From the NCBI RefSeq assembly GCF_009834535.1, contig NC_045697.1, positions 42,162,001-42,226,000 of the forward strand: a stretch of DNA of 64,000 bases. The letters run 5' to 3'. The number at the start of each line of letters is the position of its first letter. Position 1 is the first letter of the stretch. The stretch comes from Camelus ferus (taxonomy: Eukaryota). The notes below the pieces were generated by a model, which saw only the letters and a program-made list of their open reading frames with translations, did not search any database and had not been told where the DNA came from. A program made the translations under genes and the position numbers. This document shows, piece by piece, positions 26,728 to 38,841 of the stretch.

Positions 26728-26842
26728 TCAAGCTTTCTTAAACATTCCGTGCTCTGCAGATTCCCTGGCAGTTTGATAAAGCCTGTGAACTCCTTCTCAG
26801 ATCCCTCTGGATTGTAAAGGAAACCGATTATATTGAAAATCT
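26728..26842 (+). mobile_element. hAT-Charlie fragment, MER119-like
   Basis: tggcagtttgataaagcctgtgaactccttctcaga...ggattgtaaaggaaaccgattatattgaaa resembles the recalled consensus with an internal deletion. Confidence 0.45.
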
Positions 26843-28109
26843 TTCCAACTCAAGGCTCTCACCATGAAAAATCACCCCTGAAAATATAGCCATGCTGTTC
26901 ATTTGGCCATGGAAAACACTGCAGTCTAGAAGTTTTAGATGTGTGATGCTTTGAGCTCTTAATTTGAACTACTGGAGCTACAAAGATAGAAGGCAGCCTT
27001 CGGTTGGCTCAGATTATTTCCTGCTCCCAACCCCCAGAGAACTACAGGTTCCGAGCGTCTCCCCAGAGCCAAGGCTGTGGAGTTTATGACTCAGCTGACC
27101 GCGCGAGGCCAGGTTGGGTCATACTGTGATTTGCATTCCCAAAAAACTGAGCAAGTTAGAGATTTGTTTATTTCAAAGGTGCTGCTTATGTGATGAAGAG
27201 GAAGACTAGGGCTCTTTAATTGTAAAAACTGCATTTAAGACAGAACTCAATAACTCATACTTTCTTTCTCTTATGGATACGGGTATCACTGTTTCAGCAC
27301 CTTTCATCATCATTAAAAAAATCACACAACTGATTTAGGCCCCCATGATTTCAATTCTTATTTAGGATCATGAATTTATTTTAATAGGCTATTTGTCTTT
27401 TTCATTCTGTACCTTCCCCAGAAGTTACTCTCAACTGATGTTGCAAACTGTAAAATAGATTTCTTATATCATTTTGGGAATAAGTGGCAAAAGAGAAAGC
27501 ATATTTCATTTTTTTAGGGTAGAAATGTGATTTTCTTTTCTTAATAATGTTCACTGAATATTTAACAATCATCTATTGCATTGATAACATTTCTGCACCA
27601 TTTATTCAAACACTTTCTCAAAACATTTATTGAGCAAGTGCTTTTTTGCCAGGGACTAAAATAGCCATAATGTTATAGAAAGAGAAGGCTGAAGTTGCAA
27701 ACATTTAAGGAAGCAACTTCTCAAATTATTTGCCTATTAGTTACCACCTGTAAGTTCTCCACAGCCAACATGAAGCCAAAATTACCATAATGATGCTGCT
27801 AAAACCCACCCTGGACTAAGCAAGATAAGATAAAGATAACACTTTCAGTAACAGAAAGGCTGTGTGCTTTGGAGCCACAGTTTATTGTTTATGGATGTTT
27901 TGGGTCTTCATGTTTTGAGGGAAAAACTTTAGGCTGTTAAATAATTCAATATAAACCTTCATTTTACCTTTGTTAATTATAAATTAAACTTAATCTTGAT
28001 GCTTTTTTCCATCATAATTGCTTCTACTTTGATAGGAGTCATGTCTCTCAGAGAAAGGGACTAGCGGACCAAGCTGGTGGCTCATGTTCTGACTTTAATT
28101 GTGTGTTAG

Positions 28110-28560
28110 CTAGGACAAAGTTCGAGCTCCTATATCAAAGAGACACCAGATTCATGGCTTAAATAAGAGAAATGTTAAGTCTCTTCCATGAAACAGTCCA
28201 TCTGGTCAAGGAATGTGGGGCAGGTCCTCTCCAGAAGGCTTTCCAGGACCCCAGACTGGAGAAGCAAACTTAGTATCCTTGACATGTAGCTTCCCAGTAT
28301 GGGGTGGTGGTCACCATGCTTCAGAGGGAAGGGGAGAGAGCCAGGAGTGCAGGAGTGGCGCTTTGAGGACAAGACCTGAAAGGGGCACACTCAGTTCTGC
28401 TCATATTCTATTGGCAGGTAAATTATCATACGATTATGCCAAGCTACAAGGAAGGATGGGAAATGAAAGCTCTAGCTGGGCAGCTGTGTACCCAGCCAAA
28501 ACTCTGCTAGTAAGGGGAGCAGGGACAAGGAACTTGTGAAACATTATCAGTCTATCACCA
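28110..28560 (-). mobile_element. old MaLR solo LTR (MLT1H-K class)
   Basis: tggcttaaataagagaaatgtt...ttctgctcatattctattggc...gctacaaggaaggatgggaaatg...tctagctgggcagctgtgtacccagc is typical of antisense MLT1. Confidence 0.7.
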
Positions 28561-28924
28561 GCTGGATCTGCATTTCTATTTACATTTTCTGTTTTCAATT
28601 TACAAAAAGATGTGCATCTAAGTTTTGTCAAATATGGTAACTAACTCATCCTGGCAATAGGTCACACAACCTTTTCATTTTCAGGATTTAAGTGAAGTGG
28701 GCATTTCATGTAAATTATGTGTTTTAGAGTTTAGACCCTTTGAAAAAATTTATATACAAAATACAGGAAGAATTTTAGTCTTCAATTTTTGCCATGTGTT
28801 CAGAAACGTCCCCACATTTCAAAGTTACGTTTTCAATAATTACACAGAGCTATGATAGATTGAGCCTCCTAGAACTACATGTAAAAAATGTTTTAAATTA
28901 TAAAAATTATATTAACTGCAACCA

Positions 28925-29530
28925 TCTATGAAGTGTTTATTGCATTCTAGTGTTTGAGGTAGGTTCACCATGTACATTATTATACCTCAAAAACTATACC
29001 TTGAAAAGCAGGCATAATTCACCCAATTTTGCAGATCAAAACACTTAGGTGTAGAGAGTTGCGCTAACTTGGCCAAGTTCCTAAGTGGTAAAATAGGGAT
29101 TTGAAACCAGAGCTGTCTGATTCTGAAGTGTTTTCTACTCATCATCTCACTTAATCCTCACAGCAATTCTTTGAAGTAGGCAGCTGGTCTTTGCCTCATT
29201 TAATACAGTAGAAAGTAAAGACCAAAATGTTAAATGACTTGCCAAATAAACACAGTAAGTAATGAAGTGAGAGTTTTTGAATTAAGAAACCCATGCTCTT
29301 TGAATAACTATTGTTGAATTAAAGTCGCACTGTACTTATAATTAACACGCCCATTCAATCAACAGAACAGGCATCATCTTCTATTTGGGTGATCGTGGGC
29401 AAGCTACTTCATTTCCCAATATTCCAAGAAAGATAATAGGTATCTCAGAGTGCAGTCATAGGAATTAAACACATTTCTGTAAAGTGCATGCATGCAAGGA
29501 GCTTGATGCCATTAGGGGCTCACTCTATAA
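28925..29530. mobile_element. cluster of three MIR fragments (two minus 28925-29310, one plus about 29380-29530)
   Basis: cccaattttgcagat...gggatttgaaaccagagctgtctgattc; catctcacttaatcctcacagcaa...gttaaatgacttgcc; gggtgatcgtgggcaagctacttca. Confidence 0.65.
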
Positions 29531-30089
29531 TTTTCGAAACTCTCTCTCTGGATCTGAATTTGGCGTAGCTTTAGAGAGAGTCTATAGGCATGTTTAGAAA
29601 CAAACATGGAATAGAAAATGGAGCTCTCCAAAGTAATGTTAATGGATACGCCTTAGAATCCTGCCAAATTATAAAGATTTAGTATATTAGAAGAGTCAAT
29701 TTGAATACAACACAAGAAAGCATTTTTCATACGGTTAATTTAGTAGGTACAAAATATAACTGTCATTTACTTGTATCTCAAGGTGAAAACTGAGGACAAA
29801 TTAAGTGTTCTTGTCTTGCCTAAGGAGTTGTATAGCATCATTTTCTTATCTAATCGATCTGTTGACCCCTTTATGATTAACCCTTATATTTAAGAAAACT
29901 CAAAGATTTTAGGGGGTTCCCTCTCCAAATCCTCCTTATTCACTAGTGCTATTGATACATGAGATTTCCTTCTGTTTGTCTCTGAATTTATTTCCTTTAT
30001 ACTGTTGAGTGTTGGGATTTCAGGAGAATGGCCACATCTATGTCATATGAGTGATAAAGCTGATAATAATGATTAATAGTCATAGTAGT

Positions 30090-30320
30090 GACTATTATTT
30101 ATCTAACAGTTTTCTAGGTACATTTTTTCTATTCACCATTTTAATGTGTAAGAACCCTACCAGGTAGGTGCCATTATTATCTCTATTTTGAATTGGGAAA
30201 AATTAATCACAGAGACATTAGGAAGCTCATCCGTGGTTGGTAAGAAGTAGGGTGAGATTTCATACCCTAAAGTCCAGCACCAGTCTATTCTAATGACCCC
30301 CACACCATTGTGCCTCTCTA
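30090..30320 (-). mobile_element. MIR SINE
   Basis: aagaaccctaccaggtaggtgccattattatctctattttg and downstream MIR-like sequence. Confidence 0.6.
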
Positions 30321-31494
30321 TGAGTTAAGCTATTAAAGAGAAATGTTAAATGTTAAAAGCTTCAATGGCTTCTAGTACTCTTTTTAAAGTGTTCCTTTCT
30401 GGCAGAAAATTAATAGAGCTATATTCTTTTAAAAAATTCTTTTACTGAAGAGTCAAACTGATTTATTTGTAAAATTGTTCTTTAAGATGTCCAAAAAAAA
30501 TCAGACTTAACTATTTACAAGACTATACATTTAACTCTCTTTTTCATAATGCAACAGTTAAAATTAAACTTCATTTTTCTTTGCTGTTGTCAAATTATGA
30601 CCGTCGAGAAGGGCATCTCCCATTTGTTATAATAAGCGGACCTGGCCTGATAATGCCAAGTCTAGGAATGCTGACAGTTTTATAAAGTAAATATTAATTA
30701 TTATACAAGTAGTTCCCTGTAACCAATTCACTACAGAATAATTTCATTTGAAAGGAGAGAAAACTTCAACTCAAAGTGTTTTTCTTGCTCTACCTCCTGT
30801 TCCATCAAAGACCTGATGATAGAAATCATCTCAGAATCAGCTGTTTAGTTGTTGGTTGATTTGCCTCTGGCCTTGTGGCCATCGCGTCATGTCCCAGCTG
30901 GCGGCATATCTAGAGCTCAGCCCATAGGTGGTGAGGAGGACTAGTGCAGGACCCTGTAGGGTGGACGGAGACAGCCTTCCAGGCTGGACTTGGCTCCACA
31001 GCGGAGATGAAAGTGCCCTTTCTCTCCCTATGAGTCTGCCAAGCTAGTCACTGCCACTCTCTTTCCAAACCCAAGGCCTTTAAGAGCCCCCAGAGCTTAG
31101 CTCCTAAAACTAGATAAACAGCTCTGCTTTGAGTTGTGCCCAAGTTGTTTCATCCAAAGCCATTTTCACTTTTATATAAAAGATCGTGGGAAGACTCGAC
31201 CGAAAACTTCACTGCACTCTAACACATTATTGGTCCTTCTGTCACTTGGATTTGGAAAACAGTGTCTTAGAAAATATGATTGCATGTTTCCCATGACTTC
31301 TCAAATGTTGGTCTGAGGCAAGTTTTAAAGTGTAGGGGTGCTATGAAACTGCATCTTGTCAGGGTCTAATGCCTTCACTGACTGCAACTGCATAAGAAGC
31401 TTCTTTAAATGATACTGTAGAGTCTGATATATACATTGGTTTGAGAGTCAAGAGAAGGCAAAAATCATTGTTTTGGATATCAATGTACTAGTCT

Positions 31495-31690
31495 CCTGCC
31501 TTAGTTTGCTTTATTTTTCTTCACAGCACGATTGCCTGAAATTATGTTGAGTAGTAAGTTATTTACATTAATGTCTACCTCACCTACCAGAAGGTAAGCT
31601 TCATGAGGGCAAGGACTCCATCTGCTTTGCTCACTCTGTGCAATGTTTGGTGACTGGGAGACTCCCGGCTGGAGTAAGTGAATGCATGTG
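31495..31690 (+). mobile_element. L2 LINE 3' end
   Basis: ctttatttttcttcacagcac...gtaagcttcatgagggcaaggac...tgctcactctgtg is the L2 terminus. Confidence 0.75.
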
Positions 31691-32579
31691 TTATGCATGT
31701 GTGAGTGTGTTCACAGCGTCTGCCACAGAAATGGTTATTCAACACTCAGGCTTAATAGAAGTGAGTTGCAAAAACAAAGCAGGAATAGTTAAAAGAGGTG
31801 GCGATCATAAAGCCACTGGGGACACTGAAAGTTACTGTCATCAGCAACAGTGAATGGTGAAAGTTTGGGCTGGGATGGCAGCAACTTCAATGTCCTCAAT
31901 ATTAAACCTCAGGGAATTAGGGAGAAATGTTGGCTTCCTTGGCCTCGGGCATTGGCAGCTCCAGAAGAACAGTAATGCTCTCAGTCAGCATCAATGGTAT
32001 ATCTGCCACCTCTGGCATCAGAAGTAAGTGGTCATTACCATAATGACCCAGAGCAAGAGAAGCAGAAAAGGAAAGGCATTGATTCTAGACTCCCCGACTC
32101 TGACCACCCTAAATTTCTCCCAGGCCAGTCTGGAAGGAATTTGAGAGAATATAGTATTCCTTCAGAATGTGGGGACCAGAGACACAGAAATACTCTTTTG
32201 CTTTTTTATGATTATTATTGTCACTCTGTTCTTATAAACAGACTATCTGAGAGCATAACAATAATAGTATGGTTTTTAAATGGGCTGAGGGAAGAGACAT
32301 GAAAGGGCCCAGTAGGCAGACATCACTCAGGGGGAAAAAAGGGTCAAATGGGACCAAGGAATAATTTTCTTTGGGGAGGCAGGCAGGGCAACCGAACAAA
32401 AGTGAGACAGATAAAAGGGAAGATGGTAACCTTCAGTGAACTGGCACCAGGAGCCACAGCCTGAGAGCATCTTGAGGTTGAGCACAACCCTGGAAGGACC
32501 CATGATGTGTTCTCAGGAGGGCACCCAAGTGCAAAATTTAGCCTCAGAGGCCACTGAAATCGGGAGGAGGAGGAGGAGC

Positions 32580-33350
32580 TGCCTACTAGAATAGAGTAAG
32601 GAAAACAGAAAATAGCAGATGAGACCAGAGAGAAGTTTGGGTTAGGGAATGAAGGTCACATAGGGCTAGGGCTTTTCAGGCAATAATCAAAATTAGGGAT
32701 TTGATTTTGTGTAAGTGGGAAGCTTTGAGGAGCTTCAAGGAGATGAGCGACAGTTAAAAGAATCACTAACATTTTTCAAAGAATCACTCAGACTGACAAG
32801 GAGGGGCGAGGTTGTCAGCAGCAAGCCTGCAATAATCCAGGCAAGCAATAATCTTTGACTGGAGCAGGAGCAGTCAGCAGTGCAAAGGGGTTAGATTTCT
32901 GGAAGCCTTTTGAAGACAGAGAAAACAAAACTTGCTGGTGGCCTAGATGCAGAGTGCAAAAGAAACAGCAGAGAGGCTGACACCAAAGATTTCTGGCCCG
33001 AGTAACTGGAAAGATGGAGCTGCCATTTGCCATGATAGGAAAGGGAAAATACAAACAAATTAGGGCATAAAAATTAACAGTTCCTTTTTGGCATTCCTAC
33101 TTGACAAGCAAGCAGAAATGTCAAGTAGTACTTGGATCTCTGTCTGAAATTTAAGGTGGTTTAACCTAAAGTCATCACCACAGAGGTGGGATTTAAAGCC
33201 ATGGGACTAGGTGAGATCACCTCGGAAGTGGGTGTAGAGGAAGATGTCTGATGGCTGAGCGACAAGGACACTAACATCTAGAGTCAGAAAGACGAGGAGG
33301 ATCTAGAAGAGAACACTGAAAAGACACAGCCAGAGGACAGAAGGAGGACC
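32580..33350 (-). mobile_element. L2 LINE fragment
   Basis: gcaataatccaggcaag, gatttctggcccgagtaactggaaagatggagctgccattt, tttaaagccatgggactaggtgagatcacc are antisense L2 motifs in order. Confidence 0.8.
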
Positions 33351-34049
33351 TGATGATAACATTCAGACCTGTGCATGCGTGCAAATAAGAAGACAGAAGA
33401 TGTAAGGGAGGAAGGAAGTGTGAAGGAAAGAAGGGGAAAGGAAGGAAGACAGGAGGGCAGGCGGGGAGGAAAGAAGAAGAAAGGAAGAAAACAAATCAAG
33501 AAGGCAACAGCCATTCTCTAGGCAGTAGGATGGTAGGTGTTTTCATTTTCCTCTTTGTGCTCTGCTGATTTATCTTCCTTTTGTTTTGTCTTTCAAACTT
33601 CCCATGAAGAATTTTTTGGAAATAGGAATTTGTATTATAAAATTAAAGAACACATTGGTTTTAAGCGTTTAAAATGCTGTAGCAGATGAACACTGGGACT
33701 TCTCAGGACTAGACGGTGAGCGTCTTAGCCCTGTTTAAGTATCCACTACATTCCTGAACAGAACTTAAGTGGAGAGACTACGTGCCCAGCTGTTGGGGCA
33801 GGGCCCCTACGATGTGCTATAAGAGCTGGCGGGGCTGTGAAGAACTTGACTAGCTTCTTAGAAAGAAAGGCAGGCTGGAAGCCAGAAAGGAAAAATAAAA
33901 AGAGAGAGAATACGAAGTGATCTCTCGAGTAGAAGAAGCCAGGAGGAACGCCATTAAAAAGACCTAGACTCAAGGAGGAGAGGGTTTGCGGAGTGAAAGG
34001 GGAGGAGGTAAGGGCAGCAACACTGACTGAGCATCTACTATAAAACCAC

Positions 34050-34300
34050 TAAAATCAAGGGAAGAAATAAGAGCCTGAAACCCCCAAGGAACTGAGAATA
34101 AACCTACACAGCAGAATGCAGAGTCAAACTCCCAAGAAAAACCATCTTCTGACGGCATCGTGAGAACTCCAGGATCAAGCCATGACTGAAGTTATCCCTG
34201 GATTTTTCAGCTATCAGCTAACAAACTTCCTTTTTGTGTTTTAGAAAGTTTGAACTGGGTTTTCTATCACTTGCTAACACAAAAATTCTGACTGACAGAA
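34050..34300 (+). mobile_element. old MaLR LTR 3' part (MLT1J/K class)
   Basis: ggatcaagccatgactgaag...ctggatttttcagcta...gtttgaactgggttttctatcacttgc...ctgactgacaga. Confidence 0.7.
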
Positions 34301-34404
34301 TAATGACATTAAAATCTAAGCTGGCAATCTCTAGCAGTAGACTTTTTAAAGGAATCTCAAGTTTTGAAGTAAGACATGAAGGTGAAGTAACAATGTGGAC
34401 AAAG

Positions 34405-34530
34405 ATAATTAACATTTATTTGATGCTTACCATGTATCAGGCTTGGATCCAAGAATTGTACAAGTTTTACTTCATTTAATCTTCCCAACAACCCCCTGAG
34501 GAAGATGCTATTATTATTATTATTATTAAT
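34405..34530 (-). mobile_element. MIR fragment with (TAT)n expansion
   Basis: taacatttatttgatgcttaccatgtatcaggc...tcatttaatcttcccaacaaccc. Confidence 0.75.
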
Positions 34531-35412
34531 TTCCACTTCAGCTTGTCCAGCTCCACACCAAGTAAATGACTGATGACCAACAATAGAAATTCTCTGCAAA
34601 TTCAAAGAATTTATTCTTGAGTGACAGTTTCTAACCTCTTGGTGCTTAGTTAATTCTCAGGATAATAATGCCTCCAGGTCATGTGACATTATATTTGAGA
34701 CAGTAAATTTTAATCTCCAGGCAACTCAACTGCCTTCCTAAAACATTACATTTTATTTAAATTTTAGTAAAATAGGAAGAAAAAAATAAACTCTCCCATT
34801 TCATCCATTCCAGCCAAACCCTGTGGTAAAAGTTGAAATTATGACATAAAAGAATTTTCCTTTTTGATTTCTCAAAACCATTTGCTCCAAAGCTGACACC
34901 AAAAATAAAATATTTCTTCAGGTTTATAATGGGAACTTCACAGAAGCCAACCATGGCTCTTCCTTTCACAAAATGGTTTTCTGAAACCACAAAGGCAGAA
35001 ATCATGGTTCTTGTGGAAGCACCAGGAGAACTTTCCAGATAGACAAGGTGTGACTTTCATTCCTTCTATTTAAATCCATTTTATCTTCTCAACTTTTTTA
35101 CAAACCCCAACTAAACTTCACCTTTCAACAAAAATTGTGGAAAACTTTGCTTGCCTCTTAGTTCAAAATGTTTCAGCGGAGATTCCACAAGGTCAACATG
35201 ACGATGGTGTTCAGCCTGAACTCTGGATCACAGTTAATTAAAGTCGGTGTGTTTTTATTAACCTGGCTGAAAATGGCTTTTGTTTTTATGAATTTATTTG
35301 CAAAGGCTCAGAAACTATACCCTTTGCTTTAAGTTGCCTCAGGGCACAGATACACATAAAACTTCATTAATTAAAATAATATACTACCAAGGTCACAAGA
35401 AAATACTGATTA

Positions 35413-35474
35413 TTATACTGATTATTAACTACAGGCAGCTAAGTTATACTGATTATTAACTACAGGCAGCTAAG
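35413..35474 (+). repeat. perfect 31-bp tandem duplication
   Basis: ttatactgattattaactacaggcagctaag at 35413-35443 and 35444-35474. Confidence 0.95.
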
Positions 35475-36699
35475 AAATCAGGGTCTCCAAGCTGAGCTGG
35501 TCAGGAGGGAATTTTTTTTTTTTTTTAATGTTTTACTGTAGCTTCCCAAAGAAAATCTTGAAAAGGTATGAAAAGATAAAGAGAAGTAGGAGTGCATTGT
35601 ATAACCAGAGGTTCAAGCCATTTCCAGGCTGAAATCTGTAGACTAGCATGGACTCTACAGACAACAGACACAGTTAGAGCTTCTTTGAACCTGCAAATCC
35701 CTGAATTGCTGCATCTCTGGATAGCATAAGACATATAGGTCGGGGGCTTGGTTGAGGGGTCTGGACTACAGACAGAAAGTTTGAGGGTTATTAGCACATG
35801 GATAGTATGTGGAACTGGATACTAACTATAATGTCAGTAAGAGGGAAAAGGATCCTAGAAGAGAGACGAGGGTAATGGAGGGGAGGTGGGGAGAGGAGAG
35901 GAGAGGAGAGGGCGAAGGAAAAAGCCTTGGAGACAGGCAACCAGTGGAACTATCCCAACAGAGATTCAGATCCTGTCTGTGCATATTAAACAAACTCCAA
36001 AAATAACTATTCAGATTCTCCAAAGCAACCTCTTTATTTTGAAAATGATGGTACTGAGCACAACAGCATCTTTTTAAAATAATTTTTAGCTCAACGGAAT
36101 TCAACTATTCTTTAAATCAGTTTGAATATATTAATGACCGTACTAATCTTCACAGCAGGCAAAAGCTTTGAAACATTCAGGAAATATCTTCTGTTCAGTT
36201 CCGAATAAACAACACTAATTGCTGAATTTATTTGCCTCATAGACTGGTCCTGGAATACAGCAGAGTTAGCGATAATTATATACATTTTTCCCATTTGGCA
36301 AATGAACTTGAATCCAACCAGCCCTATTTTTCACACCAGAGATCCAAACTCAGCCACTGCTCCCAGCTGAGGTTAATAACTAACATTCAGTCTTTGAATT
36401 AATGCACAAAGAGAATACAAAATAAATTCTTAAATGCTTTTTATTTTTACTATTTTATAAGTCATCAGTCAAAACTTTGTGTCTCATCTTTACAGTGTTG
36501 ATACAACTGAAATCTGCATCTAAAAGCCACACTGGTTGATTTTGATTTCTTAATACTGTTTGGAAATTTTTTTCCCTGTCCATTCATTTCTCTTTTTCTC
36601 TTTCTTCTCCCACTGGTGTTCAATGGCTTACAAATTACTGTCAATTTTAGATTCAGAATAGCTCTTGATTTATTCCCACTGCTACTACCGTATTTTTCA

Positions 36700-37150
36700 T
36701 ATACTTTAAACTTAACTGGTGTATAATTCATAAACAATAAAATATTTAGGTCCTAAGTGTACAGTTTGGTGAGTTTTGATACATGTAAACTTAGTAATCT
36801 CCACTCCAATCAAGATACAGAATATTCCCATCACCTCATGTAGTTCCTTCTTACCCCCCAGATAATCTCATTCTCAGCCTCATTCTTGAGGCAACCAGTG
36901 TACTGATTTTCCATACATTAGCTTCCTAATTATTCTAGAACTTCAATCAAATGGAATCATATAGTGTTATTTCTTTTTGCCTGATTTCTTTCATTTGGCA
37001 TAATGTTTTTGAAGTTCATTCATGCTCTGCTAGTTTCTAAATTTGTTCCTTTATGTTGCTGAAGAGTGTTCCATTATGATATACCACAAATTATCCAGCC
37101 TCTTGCCGATGGACACTTAGATTGTTTTTATTTTTGAGCTGATAAATAGC
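36700..37150 (-). mobile_element. ancient L1M (L1MD/ME-like) 3' fragment
   Basis: taagtgtacagtttggtgagttttga, aatcaagatacagaatattcccatcacc, aatggaatcatatagt, gatggacacttagattgttt. Confidence 0.85.
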
Positions 37151-37224
37151 TGTGTGTGTGTGTGTGAGAGAGAGAGAGAGCGAAAGAGAGAGAGAGAAAC
37201 AGAGACAGAGACAGAGACAGAGAC
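37151..37224 (+). repeat. compound (TG)n(AG)n(GAGACA)n microsatellite
   Basis: Seen directly; sits at the L1M/MLT1 junction. Confidence 0.95.
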
Positions 37225-37225
37225 A

Positions 37226-37520
37226 GAGACAGAGACAGAGAGAGAAGATGATTGGGAAGATACTTCAAAGTTGCTACCCTGCTGGCTTTGAACAAAAATG
37301 GAGGAAGGGACCACGAGTCCAGGAATGCAGGCAGCCTCTAGAACCTGGCAACGGTAAAGAAGTCAGTTCTCCCATAAAGCCTCCAGAAGGGACATAGTTC
37401 TGCCAACATTTTGATTTGGGGGCTTCTGACCTTCAGAACTGTAAGGCAATATATTTGTGTTGTTTTAAATAGCAAAGTTTGTGACCATCTGCTACAGGAA
37501 AAAGAGGGAATTAATTCACA
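37226..37520 (+). mobile_element. MaLR LTR 3' half, MLT1D-like
   Basis: tgctggctttgaa...aggaatgcaggcagcctctagaacctgg...agcctccagaagg...cttctgaccttcagaactgtaag. Confidence 0.85.
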
Positions 37521-37554
37521 CTCCCCAGACCCTTCCTATTGATTCTTTCCGTCA

Positions 37555-38100
37555 ACAGAAAGATCATTTTGATTTGGAAATTGGATTTTCTTACTATCTT
37601 GCTTAATTTTTTTCTCCAGGATTAAATACAAACTCTGGCTCTACTGTATTAAATAAAGTTCCATAATCTCAGCCCCTCCTGGTCTTCCCAGACTCATCAG
37701 CCACCACTCTGCCTAAAAGGACTCTGCTCCTTATTTGGCATGTCATTCTTGATTTCCCAACACTCCTTGCTCTTTCTAAAATCTGTGACTTGTATCTCAA
37801 GGGTTCTTGCCCTAATAATTTAGAAAGCAAATGTCTATTCATTCTTAATGTTTAAAATCTATCATTACCTCATCTGCAAAGACTTCCCTGGCATTATCAG
37901 TCAGGGTACAGACCCTCTCTTTGAAGATCCTGTGAAACCTCTATTGTGAAGTCCGTCCTAGTACATTACAGTTGTTCCCTTGTTTCTTTGTCATAGGATC
38001 TGTCTCCAACTAGTGTGTGAGCTTCTTGAGGGCAAGGGATCATGTCTTTCCATGACTCCTACTACCTAGTACAGTAAATGCTCAGTTATTGAATGAATTA
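37555..38100 (+). mobile_element. L2 LINE 3' region
   Basis: Ends ctagtgtgtgagcttcttgagggcaagggatcatgtc...aaatgctcagttattgaatgaat. Confidence 0.7.
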
Positions 38101-38649
38101 ATATATATAATATTTGTATAATCATAATGCAAATATAACTTTCTAGGTAACACTTATATACATTTTTATCATCTTAAATCTTGCCAATATTCTCATTTCT
38201 CATTTTATACTTGTTTAATGTATTCTTATATATTTAAAAGCAATTATTATTATTTTAATAATCAATAAAATGCTAACAAAAGAGGTTTCTCTCTTTGTGA
38301 AAAATTATATTCTTAGAGTGCTTTGCACCGTAAGTTTAAAATAAAATCTCTCTCTTAAATGAAAAATACACCAGTATATAATTGTTTTCATAGTACTCTT
38401 ATACACATTTTGTGCCATGGTCTACAAGCTTCTGCTGTTTATAAAATCATGATTGTGCATTTAACATCTTTTGGGAGGTTGCATTGGATGAAGGGCACTT
38501 CTCAAAATAATTTTGACTCCATGAATGATTCCTTACTTGGTCAGTAAAATCTATGTATTTCCAAATTTGACATGATGAAACTCTTCTGCTTAGGAAAAAG
38601 TTCAGAGCCAAGGCCTCTCCTTGGAGCTGAGTTTAGAAATGCCATCTCT

Positions 38650-38841
38650 AAACAACAAAGCCTTACCGTACAGCACAGGGAGCTATATTCAATACCTTGT
38701 AATAGCTGATAATGAAAAATAATATGAAAAGGAATGAGTATGTATGTGTGTGTATATATATATATCTGAATCAGTATGCTGTATACCAGAAATTAATACA
38801 ACATTGTAAATCGACTATACTTCAATTTAAAAAGTTTAGAA
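38650..38841 (+). mobile_element. short L1 3' UTR insertion with TSD
   Basis: gtacagcacagggagctatattcaataccttgtaatag...acaacattgtaaatcgactatacttcaat; flanked by agaaatgccatctct (38635-38649) and agaagtgccatctct (38842-38856). Confidence 0.92.
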
